A program made the translations under genes and the position numbers. Shown piece by piece: positions 45,066-56,785 of a stretch of 64,000 bases of DNA; the first letter of the stretch is position 1; each line of letters begins with the position of its first letter. Source of the DNA: Salisapilia sapeloensis CBS 127946 (Eukaryota > Protista > Oomycota); NCBI GenBank assembly GCA_023334545.1, contig JAADVB010000076.1:8114-72113 (forward strand). Direction: 5' to 3'. The notes under the pieces are model-generated. The model was not told the DNA's origin and ran no database searches. It was given only the letters and a program-made list of their open reading frames with translations.

Positions 45066-45506
45066 TCACACCATCACCTCTGGCTCCATGTCACTAGCAA
45101 TAAGGCTGTTGATGATGCTCATCAGCGACTGCAAGTCTTCATCGTTGTTTGTGTCCACGAGGACCGTGTCGATGGGATCAAATACGAGTGGAGAACTAAC
45201 AAAGCTGACATCGGTTGGACTCGCTGGTCGTTGGCATTCTCCAGCAGGTGCGACGCCTGCTCTCTCGGCTTTCTTTGCTTCTCGCTTCTTGCGTTCAAGT
45301 CGTCGCTGGTTGTAGTTTGCTCGCTCTCGATGGTACTCGCAGAATCGGTGGAAGGCTCCGTCGCGCTTAATCGCTCGGAAGTTGGAGCAGACTTTACTTG
45401 GGTATCCGCACCGTGGGTGCTGACTCATTGGAGCCTTTGAACACTGGGGTTCAAGTGCACACAAGCTGGAGTCCAGAAAGGTGTCGAGTGGAAGGTCAGA
45501 GTACAT
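45066..45506 (-). CDS. Small oomycete-type Cys/His motif plus basic-helix protein (putative DNA-binding)
   Basis: 'RCGYPSKVCSNFRAIKRDGAFHRFCEYHRERANYNQRRLERKKRE' is a motif I recognise from uncharacterised oomycete gene families. Confidence 0.75.
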   Translation of the reverse strand: MYSDLPLDTFLDSSLCALEPQCSKAPMSQHPRCGYPSKVCSNFRAIKRDGAFHRFCEYHRERANYNQRRLERKKREAKKAERAGVAPAGECQRPASPTDVSFVSSPLVFDPIDTVLVDTNNDEDLQSLMSIINSLIASDMEPEVMV

Positions 45507-47134
45507 GGTTGTTTGAAGTGTAATGTGCTCGAGGGCTCAAATGTAGGAATGAGCACTCACAGCGGAGCCCCACCTTCTATTCTAATGATGTGTGGTCGGC
45601 TGCGGATTTTCGGATCCTATTTGAACCCTCTCAGCTCATCTTCAAAGCCAGTCCATCTTTCCCGGATATCCCGTCGTTTTTCGAGATCTTACCACAGGGT
45701 CGCCCATTGCGTTTGTAAACTTCCCAGTCAAACCTTTCTATATCTCGGACAGTGGGATGACCCATGGCTTAGTTATCCCACTTTAGTGAGTGCATATGCC
45801 AGTAACGTCAGATGAACTGCACCCAATGTAGCCTGTCGTCGGTGGTCTCCATTAGCTTCTCTCTTTCTTAAGCACGTTCTACCAGGTGAATTATTCTGTC
45901 GATGACAACTTCATCCAGGGTCTATTGAGGTTACGCTATAGACCTAGATGAAATATTCCGTCGATGAGGCGAGCCACCGTCGCTAGATGACGCAACACGC
46001 TTCATATTCGAATTGGCGACGGCGCGAATCCATGGATAGACATGATCACGATCACGGATTTTAATACAGCAAGTAGTTTGTCCCACCAGCACTATCGCGA
46101 TCAAATGACGACTGCATCTAATTGCTGGAGAGGGTGCGTCGTAACGTTGGCTTGACTACCATCCGGATTTGCGACTGTCAAGTCTGACAGCGGCTTGACT
46201 TTCTATGGTCCTGTTTGGTGCGGTGCAGAGAAATCCAGTTCAATTTTGATTACAGTAGGATGCGAGAGCCAAAATGTCATCATAGGTATCATGGTCATCG
46301 AAAGTGTCGTTACTGAGTTACTCGTCACAGACACTCCACACAAAGCTAGACTATCCACCTAGCACGTGCTGTTTATTAGCGAAAATCCAGGTACGTCGGC
46401 ATGATCCCAATCACACCGATACCGTTTCAAGCGGATATTATGCGAAACGAGCGAGATGTCTTACCTTACAGGCCATACCATGGGGGATGAGTACCTACCA
46501 CTCATTCCATTAAAGTTGAAAGGGCACTACTGCCACGGTGGTGAACCCATTGCATAGGTCGGACAAAGTAGTTTAAACCTTGAACAAAGTAGCAATAACC
46601 AAGATGGCGTTCCGCGCAATGGGAGTTCAGGTGGCAGAGTGGCTTCAATGTTTGCATGGGAGCGCATCCAATTCGTTGAAATCACTGATTTATAAGGAGC
46701 AGCCCATCTTCACGGGCCCATCTAGTGTAGACATCCTAGGTTCTCACATACCTTAGAGCCATCCAAGCAGCAATCACAACGACGCATCCCATCTCAGGCA
46801 GAGATTACTTCTCAGCCTGAAATGTGGGATACAAAACCACTCATATACCCAAACTTTATAAATAGGAAACAAAATCCAGCCACCAAGTGTCCAAGATATC
46901 GTCTATCTCTAGCCTCTCATCATTATCCTATCCGCTCCCTCCAGATAGAGCGACCATAGAAGATCTACCAGTCCATACAGCAGTTTGGACGATACCGCTT
47001 TATTGCACACAGTGTCGTCACACTACTTGCAGAAACTATAGTCCCTCAAAAGCATCCACTTGAAGTTGTCTTCTGAGAATGTCAAAAAGGATTTAAAAGC
47101 TCCTTCAGTATACAAAAGCCCCTCGACACGTATC

Positions 47135-48782
47135 ATGGTCCTCACGACGCTCCTCCGCTCCTCCCGCCGCCTTCCTCTCCAGACCTCGGCACTACGTAGT
47201 CTGTCTACGTCAGCCCATCCGTTCCTGGAAGAGATCGGTCTTAAATCGGAAAACTTTGGCGTCTACAATGGCGAGTGGGTCGGTAGCGGCCCCAAGCTCA
47301 CGTCGGTGAACCCTGCGACGGGCGAGCAGATTGGCTCTGTCATCGGTGGTACCAAGGATGATTATGAAAAGGCCGTTGCCAACATGACTGCCGCCAAGCG
47401 GGACTGGGCCAACCTCCCAGCTCCGCAGCGAGGCGAGATCGTTCGTCAGATCGGCGAAGAGCTCCGAGCCAAGATCGTTCCGCTGTCCAAGATCATTTCC
47501 CTGGAAATGGGTAAAATCTTCGTCGAGGTACAACTCCCCACTCTACCTCCACATCCTACAACTTAACTAATATTCATTCACACAGGGCATGGGCGAAGTA
47601 CAAGAAGCCATCGATATTTGCGACTTTGCCGTCGGTCTCAGTCGTTCTCTCAATGGCTCTGTCATTCCATCGGAACGTCCTGGTCACTTCATGATGGAGC
47701 GATACAACCCACTGCAAGGCCACGTGGGTATAATTACGGCCTTCAACTTCCCCTGCGCCGTCCTCTTCTGGAACGCTGCGCTCAGTCTCATCTGCGGCAA
47801 CACGCAGCTTTGGAAACCAGCCGAGTCCGTCTCCATGACTGCCATCGCCTTCCAAAAGGTCATTGTCGACGTCTTGGAACGCAACGGACACCCTGGTGCC
47901 ATCGCCTCTCTCGTCTGCGGCAAGGGAGCAGAGATCGGAGAAGCTATCGCCAACGACAAGCGCATGGAGCTCGTCTCCTTCACAGGCTCTACCGCTACGG
48001 GACGCAAGGTCAGTGAGACTGTCGCATCCCGCTTCGGTAAATCCATCCTGGAGCTCGGCGGAAACAACGCCATGGTCGTGCATGAAGACGCCGACCTAGA
48101 GCTAGCTCTCCGCGCGACACTCTTCTCGGCTGTCGGTACTGCTGGCCAACGCTGCACGTCGCTCCGCCGTCTGTACCTGCACGAGAGCATCTACGACAGC
48201 TTTGTCGACCGTCTCGTAACGTCGTACAAGGGCATCAAGATGGGCGACCCGCTAGAAGACGGCGTCCTCCTTGGTCCTCTCCACAACCAACAGGCAGTCG
48301 ACAACTACGTCAACGGCATTGAGGAGATCAAGAAGGAAGGCGGAAAGATCTTGACGGGTGGAAAGAAAGTGGAGGGAAGCGGCAACTACGTCGAGCCGAC
48401 GGTTGTCGAGATCGACCACGACGCATCTGTCGTCCAGAAAGAACTATTTGCTCCCGTGCTGTACGTGACCAAGTTCTCGACGTTGGAAGACGCCATCGAG
48501 AAGAACAATGACGTGCCGCAGGGTCTGTCCTCGTCGCTCTTTACGACCAGCCAGGCGGCTGTCTTCCAGTGGACTGGACCGGCGGGATCGGACACGGGTA
48601 TCGTAAACGTGAACATCGGCCCGAGTGGCGCTGAGATCGGCGGTGCCTTTGGTGGTGAGAAGGACACGGGCGGCGGACGTGAATCTGGAAGTGACGCGTG
48701 GAAGCAGTACTGCCGTCGCTCGACGTGCACGATCAACCACAGCAAGGAGCTCCCGTTGGCGCAAGGCATTGACTTCAGCTAG
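47135..48782 (+). CDS. ALDH7A1: Aldehyde dehydrogenase family 7 (antiquitin / alpha-aminoadipate semialdehyde dehydrogenase); 2 exons
   Basis: '[17 protein letters not shown]', '[18 protein letters not shown]', 'ELGGNNA', 'GTAGQRCT', '[23 protein letters not shown]'. Intron 47528-47585; N-terminal presequence. Confidence 0.96.
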
Positions 48783-49080
48783 ATAAATGGATAATACATG
48801 AAGCTATCAGTGTCCAACTTTCTGCCTTTGTTTTCTATACTAAAACAAGTCGGCGTACCCCAAAGACGACGCCACGTCTTTCAGAACTTTTACTTTTGTT
48901 ATCTGTGACGATACCATGTGCGTACTTTGACAGAAAATAATACAAGAGAAATTGATAAAGTGCCACTTAAGCATGGTAACCTTGAAACGGTTCAGCTAGT
49001 GGGACTTAAAATACATCGACGCAGCAACTTATAGCGCCACTCAATTCTGCATTGCAAAAGTTTGAAGCAAGCGAATATTT

Positions 49081-52000
49081 ATGAATCGACGCATGATGTG
49101 GAAGAACGACACGTCGTCGCCACCTGAGATAGGTGCGTCGGCGGCTTTTAGGATGCCGACACAAGCGAATAAACATGTGAGACCACGCTCGGCAGCAGCA
49201 AAAAAGAATCCGACGCGCACAACTGAACTTCATAGCAGCTCCCATACGTATGAATCGCCCCGTGGAAACAGTCGGGAGAACGAGACGGACCAGAGACTGC
49301 TTGAAATGCTGACTTCCACCATCTCGTGTCTCAAGCACAAGAAGATGGATATGGAGGCTCTTGGATGCTTGGAGCAGAGTCTTTGGCTAAAGCGACGAAT
49401 GTTTGGAGTAGAAAGCTCAGCTGTGCGTCAAGCGTTGAAAACAGTGGTTTTGAGCTACAATTCTACTGCGATGAATTTCCTTTCTAAAGGAGACTTTGAT
49501 CAATGCCTTGTCATGCTGCGTAAAGCAGAGTCAATCACAGCTCCAGGCAACTTTGTTCACTGTGAGTCTCTGCAAATCCTTACCTTTAATAACATCGGAT
49601 GCTGCTACCGAAAGCTCGGGCGTTTACGATCCGCCCTCAAGTATCTTAAAGAGGCTGCTCGGATAGGCTCGATATGTACAAACGTGAACAACCTATCCGT
49701 CACACATTTAAATTTGTGTGCCATCCACTCTCAGATAGGTCGACACGATCTAGCGTTAGAGCATGCGCAAGCTGCCATCTTCCATACTCAGCAAGAGATG
49801 GTCAACCTGGACACTTGCCAAACTCCTCGTGCAGGAGAAGTAGCAGGAGATGGGAGCGATGATGCACAACGACTAAATGATGATGTCTTAACCAGTCAAT
49901 CTAAAGAAGAAAAAGTCATTGCACTAGCCGTGGCTTATCATAATTTGGCAGTGGAGCTAGAGTTTAACCAGCGAGGTCATGCTAGTCTGCAATGGTACAA
50001 GAAAGCCCTGCAACTCGTTTGGAAATACCGAGAATCAAATCGCTCTCTATATGACTCTTTCAAAAAGATATTTCAAGATGCAAAGAAGAAACATGACCCT
50101 GACATGAAGACAAAGTCGACATCAACAAAAGGACTTCGACCAAAGTCAGCACACAGCCAAAGTCATAGTTCTGTTACGGAGCAGCGTGGGGATCGTGGTG
50201 ATGACAAGTACTCCTTATATCCGCATAGTCAAGGGCAAGCTTTGCCAGTCTCCCATTCTGGATGCAGAAATGCTGGATTTCCTGCCAGAACGCGGCAGCG
50301 TCCTGTATCAGCTAGACCACAAGCTCATCAAGACGCACCAGTACCTTCGCGAGTAGAAAGTAATCCACGCATACGTCCTAGAACAGCTAGGATACCATCG
50401 TATCATGAGCAGAAAGAGACTTTGAATAATGTTACTAGGCGCCCAAAGAGTGCACACCTTTCATCAGCTAAAAGTCGATACAAATCGAAAACACCTTCAC
50501 CAGTTAAGGTTGCCCCGAAAGTACGAGATGAACTTGATGACGCAATTGAAGCTGCACTCGTGGGCACATACGAGAACAAACTTGAGAGGAAGAATTTTCG
50601 AGTTTCTGAGCTTTTAAGCACCTCACCAATACATGAGGAGCAAAAGAGAAAACCACATTTGCCAGACCGCTATCTAGTACCAGAAACGACCCTAAAAGCT
50701 CAGGAGCCTATTGTAGAGACTGAAAAGCCGGAACAGCCTTCAGTACCGGGCGAGCGAGTGGGTCATGTTGAGTTTTTAAAAAAAATGAGAGAGTTAGCAG
50801 AAACGATTCGCAACGATTTGGCAGCTAGCATTGCTCGCAGTCCTCACTCCAAGAGTGACACATATCTTTCGACGTCCGAATTCAATCTAGCAGACGAGAA
50901 CAAAGATGCTTACGCGAGCAAGACGTCCACACCAAGAAGCAGCAAGATCCGAGATCGAATTGATGAAGCTCGGGAAGCATCACTTGCTACACCTTTGGAT
51001 GCAGAATCATCGTGTGGTAAAAATCCATCATCTTTCCTCATCGACGATTCCAATCAAGACGATGGAAGCAAGACTTGCGTAGACAAAAAAAGTATAAATG
51101 ATGAAGAAATGGTTTACATACATGATCCATTGGAAACTACACAAGACATGCATAATATCATAGAACAACATATTGAAGATATTGACAACCAAGACTTATC
51201 GGAGGCTGCACAGGATAGCCTTGACAACTCGGAGCAGAATGCTAAAGAAATAATAGATACTGCTGAGTCATTTGGGATAGTACCGAATGAACTTGCTATC
51301 TTGGAACATGATGTCGAAGATCAAATTGATATTGTTGAGCAATCAGAGACACTGCCAAATGAAAATGAAAGCTTGGATGAGAGTAGTGAGATCACCATCA
51401 GTATGCATAGTGCAGCTACAAAAATCCAGTCCGTCGTACGTGGCTTTCTTGTGCGGTGCCGAGAACTGGTAACTCTGTGCTTTTTGTACAGCACATTGTG
51501 ATATTTTACTGACATTATGGTTTTGTAGCAACGAAAGCAGAGGCGAGACAGATCAGCTGTGATCATACAAGCTCAAGCGAGAAAGCGTTTTGCTCAAAGA
51601 GAATTTGAGTTTGAGATGCAACGTAAAATGGAGCTGCTTGATCTACAAAGATCAGAAGTTGAGGATATGGCGGTAAGAATAGTGCAACAATGTTGGCACA
51701 CTTATAAATCTCGACTGCAAGCAAATGCAAAAGCAGACAAGTTGTACACTGCGGATGAATCTTCCTATTCAGAGGATTTTGATGAGACCGAGCAGCATGA
51801 CGCTTTGACGGATCTCCCACACTTAGACGTGCATGTTGCAGCTGCCAAAGTGCAAGCAACGATGAAGGGATTTACGGCTAGACACCGAGCTAGCGTATAC
51901 CATGCCAAGCACATTAGCCGCATGTATCTCGAGCGGCAACATTTGAATGTCTTGCTTGAACGCTCGGTTTGTTGTCATCTTCTTGTAGATTATATCCACA

Positions 52001-52993
52001 GCTAACCTAGAGTTTGTATGCGCAGGAAACAAACGAACTCTACTTCCTCGAAAACTTGAGTGCCGTGAAAATTCAAGCTGTGGTGCGTGGACGACAAAGC
52101 CGACTCTTGTCGGAGATGGATCAAATCGTGGAAATGACAGCAGCTTCGCGTATACAACAAGCATTTCGAGAGAAGTATTACGTTCAAAAGGAAATCACTG
52201 AGCTCGGCGTGCAGAGCATAGCTGCCCAGCTACTGCAGAACGTCTACCGCAAGTACGTAGAACGTCGTGTCAAGCGAGAAGAAGAGGCGTTGATGAATGA
52301 AGTGCTCGAGGTCGAAAAGGTAGCAGCTATATGTATTCAGCGATTCTGGCGGCACTATTTTGCCGCCCGCGACCATGAACTGGAGCTTATTGAAGCTGCT
52401 ACTTGTATACAAGCGTTAGGGAGAGGCCATATAGTACGAAAGTCTCGACAATCACTCCATAACTCAGCTTCTACTCTCAGCAGCAAGGTATGGCATGGCT
52501 TTAATAATGATGGCAACAGTATTGATTAGTGCTGGATGCCTGTGTATAGAGCTCTGCGTTTTTAAACTCTCCGTCCAAAGCTGATTGGTATGGAGATGGA
52601 ACAAGCCCGAGTCAATGTAGAGATATTCCGTCCAGCATGGGAACGAATATTGCTTTCTTGCCTCCTCTTTCAAGGAAGCTGTACTTAGAAAGTAAACAAA
52701 AGCACGACGAAGGCTTCGAATGTAGTGAATGTTACGAGCTTGACGACGACATAGCAGATCTAATTTTAAGACTTGAAGTCAGTATGGATGCTTCTGAAGC
52801 AATTGCAGTGGTCGATACGATGCGCGAAGCCCTTCTACATTGCCCAGAAAAGTGGGTTACGCTACCGAATGCTATTCAAATCGCGACTGCGATTGAAGTG
52901 CAATTGAGGAAGGGTGAATTCTGGAAAGCTGAGTTTGAAGAAAAATGTGGCAAGCTACTCCACGAGTTTGACCAGGTCCTACAGCATAATTAG
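49081..52993 (+). CDS. Large TPR plus multiple IQ-motif protein (4 exons, about 1248 aa)
   Basis: Exons 49081-51468, 51529-51966, 52011-52487 and 52550-52993, joined in frame by 60-, 44- and 62-nt introns. TPRs (TFNNIGCCYRKLG, THLNLCAIHSQIG, AYHNLAVELE) and about 8 IQ-like motifs (AATKIQSVVRGFLVR, SAVKIQAVVRGRQSR, AATCIQALGRGHIVR). Confidence 0.82.
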
Positions 52994-53775
52994 TAGTGCG
53001 TGCTAGAGATACATGTAACGCGAAACTTATTTAGATACGACGAAATGACTTTAGTTTGCCCATGATCAGTAGTAATGACTATGATAGGTTTCCACTTGTC
53101 ACGGTAGGTTTAATAGCGTTTGTATTCTATGTGCATTTACTCTTGATTCTGTATCGCTAGAGTAAATACATTTATGATTGTAATTTACGTGCTGTAGCTT
53201 GTGGCATCTCAGGTATGTCCATAATGGAAGCACTGATAGCAAGATAATTCTATCGTATATCTATTGTCTATGTGATTACCAAGCCTTCACGGGTGCTTTT
53301 ATATAAAACCAACGGCACTATCGTCTTATGAGCCCGCGTACTCATATTCTGTCTTGGACTTCGGACGTACGACCGATATTGAGGTTGTCAAGGAACGATA
53401 TGTGCTGCTGGCGATCTACACGAGACTCTAGATTCCTACCTACCGGCAGAGCTGTTCACTATCTAACACTAAAGCAATCAAGACTGAAAGTTTAGAGAGT
53501 TCGTAAAATTTCCTTGAATATCCGGCAGCATGTACTAGGTAGTGGTCGAACGCCAGCAACAGAACTGAACAGACAGAGTCATGTTAGATTCGCTTCCCAA
53601 GAAGACTAAACTGCCTTTAATCATGGACCACTAGTAAGGCTCTACCATATTTCCACCAAGTGCAAATCAGACTCCATGCACACCAGATTAATAAAAGTTT
53701 TCACGTTATACACATATCATGAATACCAAAGGAACAAATGTATATTGAGTACGTAAAAATCGTTTACAAGTAGGA

Positions 53776-54153
53776 TCAGTCCATCTGCAGAAAGTCATCG
53801 CTTTTAGAACATTCCTGCAGGTTGGTCCGGTTCGATATAACCTCATCATCTTTATGGTGATGCCGAGGATGGCCTCGAAGGTGGTGAGACCCTTCAGCTG
53901 GTGCATCTGCTTGCAGTAGCAAGTAGGCGCTGACAAATCCAAGCACACCCATGATAAGGACAGCTCTTAAGACTTTCCAGTAGCGATAGAAGTCTGCTTG
54001 GCTGTTCGTAGCTCTCCGTCTAGGCTCCAATAGCGTCGTGGACTCTTCGAATGTGCCGTATGCATCAAGATCAGACGCCGATGGCGCACGTGCAGGTCGA
54101 GCGTGGCGAGGACTATTGCTTAAACTGGTATGAGGCGAGTTTAGAGGCATCAT
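53776..54153 (-). CDS. Hypothetical single-pass membrane protein
   Basis: The ORF has one hydrophobic helix (VLRAVLIMGVLGFVSAYLLL) after a polar N-terminus and is head-to-head with TIM22. No family recognised; the 3' end could involve an unseen exon. Confidence 0.5.
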   Translation of the reverse strand: MMPLNSPHTSLSNSPRHARPARAPSASDLDAYGTFEESTTLLEPRRRATNSQADFYRYWKVLRAVLIMGVLGFVSAYLLLQADAPAEGSHHLRGHPRHHHKDDEVISNRTNLQECSKSDDFLQMD

Positions 54154-54590
54154 CTTTGTCGAAAAGAGTCCAAACGTCACGAGGAACGATTTTTCCCGTA
54201 GGCTGGTAGGCGTATATTTTTGTTTTGTGTCTGCTCAAGCTTGTCGCTACTTACTGACTTTCTCTCTTAAAATAAGGGGTGAATAAGAGCTGAGTGACAC
54301 ATACGGACATGTATCTTAGGCCACGAAACTCTATCAATTCTCTATTACACCACTTTTGAAATGTACTGAAGCAGTCTTTCATCCATCTATCTTGGAAGTG
54401 TAGCTTACTACAATCATCTTCGATCGCAATGCTGCATGCGCATCGCCAATTTGCTATAATCTCGATTTAAAAAGTGTATTAAATAGCGTTCTGATTTAAT
54501 ACATGCATTACAGCACTAAAACCACACAATAAAGCACACGAACTCAATTGGTGTGTGCCAAGAGCTCGTTGGCGGTTTCTACCTTGCACT

Positions 54591-55393
54591 ATGCAAGTAC
54601 CGCAGGGTCCACTCAGCCAAAAGGCAAAGCAGAAAGATGTCAACGACCAGATGGGTCTGCATGCGGAGGACTTGAGCGCAGACAGACCGCCCAATCCGTT
54701 CCTATTCCCACGAAAGTATATTGCTCCACACGAAGATGCGGGCATCTACCCTTTCTTGCCAGCGTATCCGCCTCAGCTACTCCAGGCAGTCTATCCAAAC
54801 CCGGTCACCGAGTCATGTGTTGGCAAATTTGTCATGTCGGCAGTCATCGGTGTTTTTTATCATGAACTTGTCATACATTTTACAGTATAAACTAATGCTG
54901 TTGATAGGATATGGCATGGGCAACTTGTTCGGACTTGTGTTAGGTAGCTACGAAGGTATCACACCACCTGTGCCACTCCCAGGGCAACGAGAATTGCCCA
55001 AGGTCCCATTTAAGGAATCCGTAAGTCATAAACCAAGATACTTAGGGACGATCGAGGTATAACACACGAGATAGATGCAAGCAGCTTGGCGAACCACCGG
55101 TACAAAGTGCCGCTACTGGGGCAACAACTTCCTCGTTATTTCTGGTAGTGTACCTCATGCGTTTCACTGTCTAATTCGCTGCTAACCGATACTTTATAGC
55201 GTTGTTTTCAGGATTGGAGTGTGCAGTGGAGAAGGGTAGAGGTCGACATGACGTCGGCAACGAGCTCGTGGCCGGATGTGCCACGGGTGCAGCGCTTGCC
55301 TCTGGACAAGGATACCAAGCCCAGTGCCTCGGTTGCGTTGGCTTTGCCGCTTTCTCTTACGCCATTAACTATTTCACAGATGGCAAATTTTAG
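54591..55393 (+). CDS. TIM22: Mitochondrial inner membrane translocase TIM22 (4 exons)
   Basis: Introns 54850-54907, 55021-55074 and 55145-55199 give 'ESCVGKFVMSAVIG|YGMGNLFGLVLGS...|MQAAWRTTGTKCRYWGNNFLVIS|ALFSGLECAVEKGRGRHDVGNELVAGCATGAAL...GCVGFAAFS'. The start codon is uncertain (54591 or 54651). Confidence 0.85.
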
Positions 55394-55480
55394 ATTGCTT
55401 TCTTTTCGTAATACACTCGGAAAAGAAACGAAAATGTATCTTGTTCACAAACAGTTGGTACTGAAAGGCAACATATATTT

Positions 55481-56553
55481 CTATGTTGCCAAACTTCCGC
55501 CATCCACAAGTAGATTCACACCGTGAATGTACCTCGTCTCGTCACTCGTGAGAAACACGACGGCATTGGCAACGTCCAACGCTTTCCCACTCTCTCCCGC
55601 CGGAGTACGCGTTTGGCTTGCTGCTTGGATGCAATCTTGTTTGGAGGTGGAGTCATCGATCGAACCTGGTGCAACAGCGTTGCAGACGATCCTTTGGGAA
55701 GCATACTCGGCAGCAATCTGGCGTGTCAGGTGAACGATGGCGCTCTTACTCACACCAAAGGTGAACTGGTTCGGGTGGGCAATCATGCCGTAGAGTGACG
55801 ATACGTTCACAATGCGCCCACGAATACCGGTTTGGTCGCTAATGTCCTGTTGCAGGAACTGTTTCAAAGCGAATTTGCATGCAAAGAAAGTAGCTTTAGG
55901 TGCGATGCCCATAGCTGCGTCCCACTGTTTCTCTGTCGTCGTCATTAACGACGATGGAGGGGTATCCGATGGAATGCAGTTGATAGTAAAATCGAGTCGT
56001 TTGTGTGCAGACACGGCGGATTGCACGACCGTTTCCAAAAACGCTGGTGAGGCAAGGTCGCCTTCTTCCAACGAAACATTCTTCTCACTAGCGTCTTCAG
56101 CTGCCTTTTCCAACTGCGCTAACGTTTCCTTGTTCTCGCTACTAGCCGGGCCAGCAATGGTGACCTTGGCTCCTTCACTCGCCAATCGGAGAGCAATGAT
56201 ATGCCCCAGACCGGTCGTGCCTCCAAAGACGATGCCGACCCGATCCTTCAACCGGTTTCCACTACTCGCTGACGTCTACTCAATACATTTATTAATCACG
56301 TGTATGTGGTAATCTAGGTGCACTTATAGGTTGATAGGCAAATGAATGTGCAACGTACCGCTGATTCGACAGCTTGCGATGCTTTTTTTGCGACAGCTTC
56401 GTCGTGCTGCCGCATCGCTTGCGCGATCTCATCCGACGTCAATCCTTTCTTTTCCAGAAACTTCAGACGGTCCGACAGAGGTGTATCTTGAACTTGTGGG
56501 TGCTGCAGAAAGCGCACTCCTTGCCGAACGAGCTCCTCTCGTACTTGCCCCAT
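55481..56553 (-). CDS. Pex14_N domain fused to a short-chain dehydrogenase/reductase-fold domain (2 exons, about 329 aa)
   Basis: Exon 56553-56359 (VRFLQHPQVQDTPLSDRLKFLEKKGLTSDEI), an 83-nt GTACGT...TAG intron at 56358-56276, then an in-frame exon 56275-55481 (GIVFGGTTGLG, NVSS, FGVSK, CNAVAPG, VDGG). The SDR ORF has no upstream ATG of its own. Confidence 0.78.
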
Positions 56554-56785
56554 CGTGTTTACTTGACTTTGGATACTTGTTTGACAGAGCTCATTTAAAC
56601 TTTCTTCATTGGCTATAATTTTATTCTATTTTTCTATGATTGGCAGAAAACTGTTCGCTAGGGAACGCCGACAACGAAACTTGGACACAAAGCATTAAAC
56701 GCTCCAAGTGCTCTTCTGACCTTTGGTACAGCTCAGGAAGCAATCTCTTCGGCAATACTTTTATACAGAGACCTGCTATAGCAAT

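Noticed and set aside
45900-47050. Possible decayed gene upstream of ALDH7
   Set aside because: No frame stays open long enough and no family motif was recognised.
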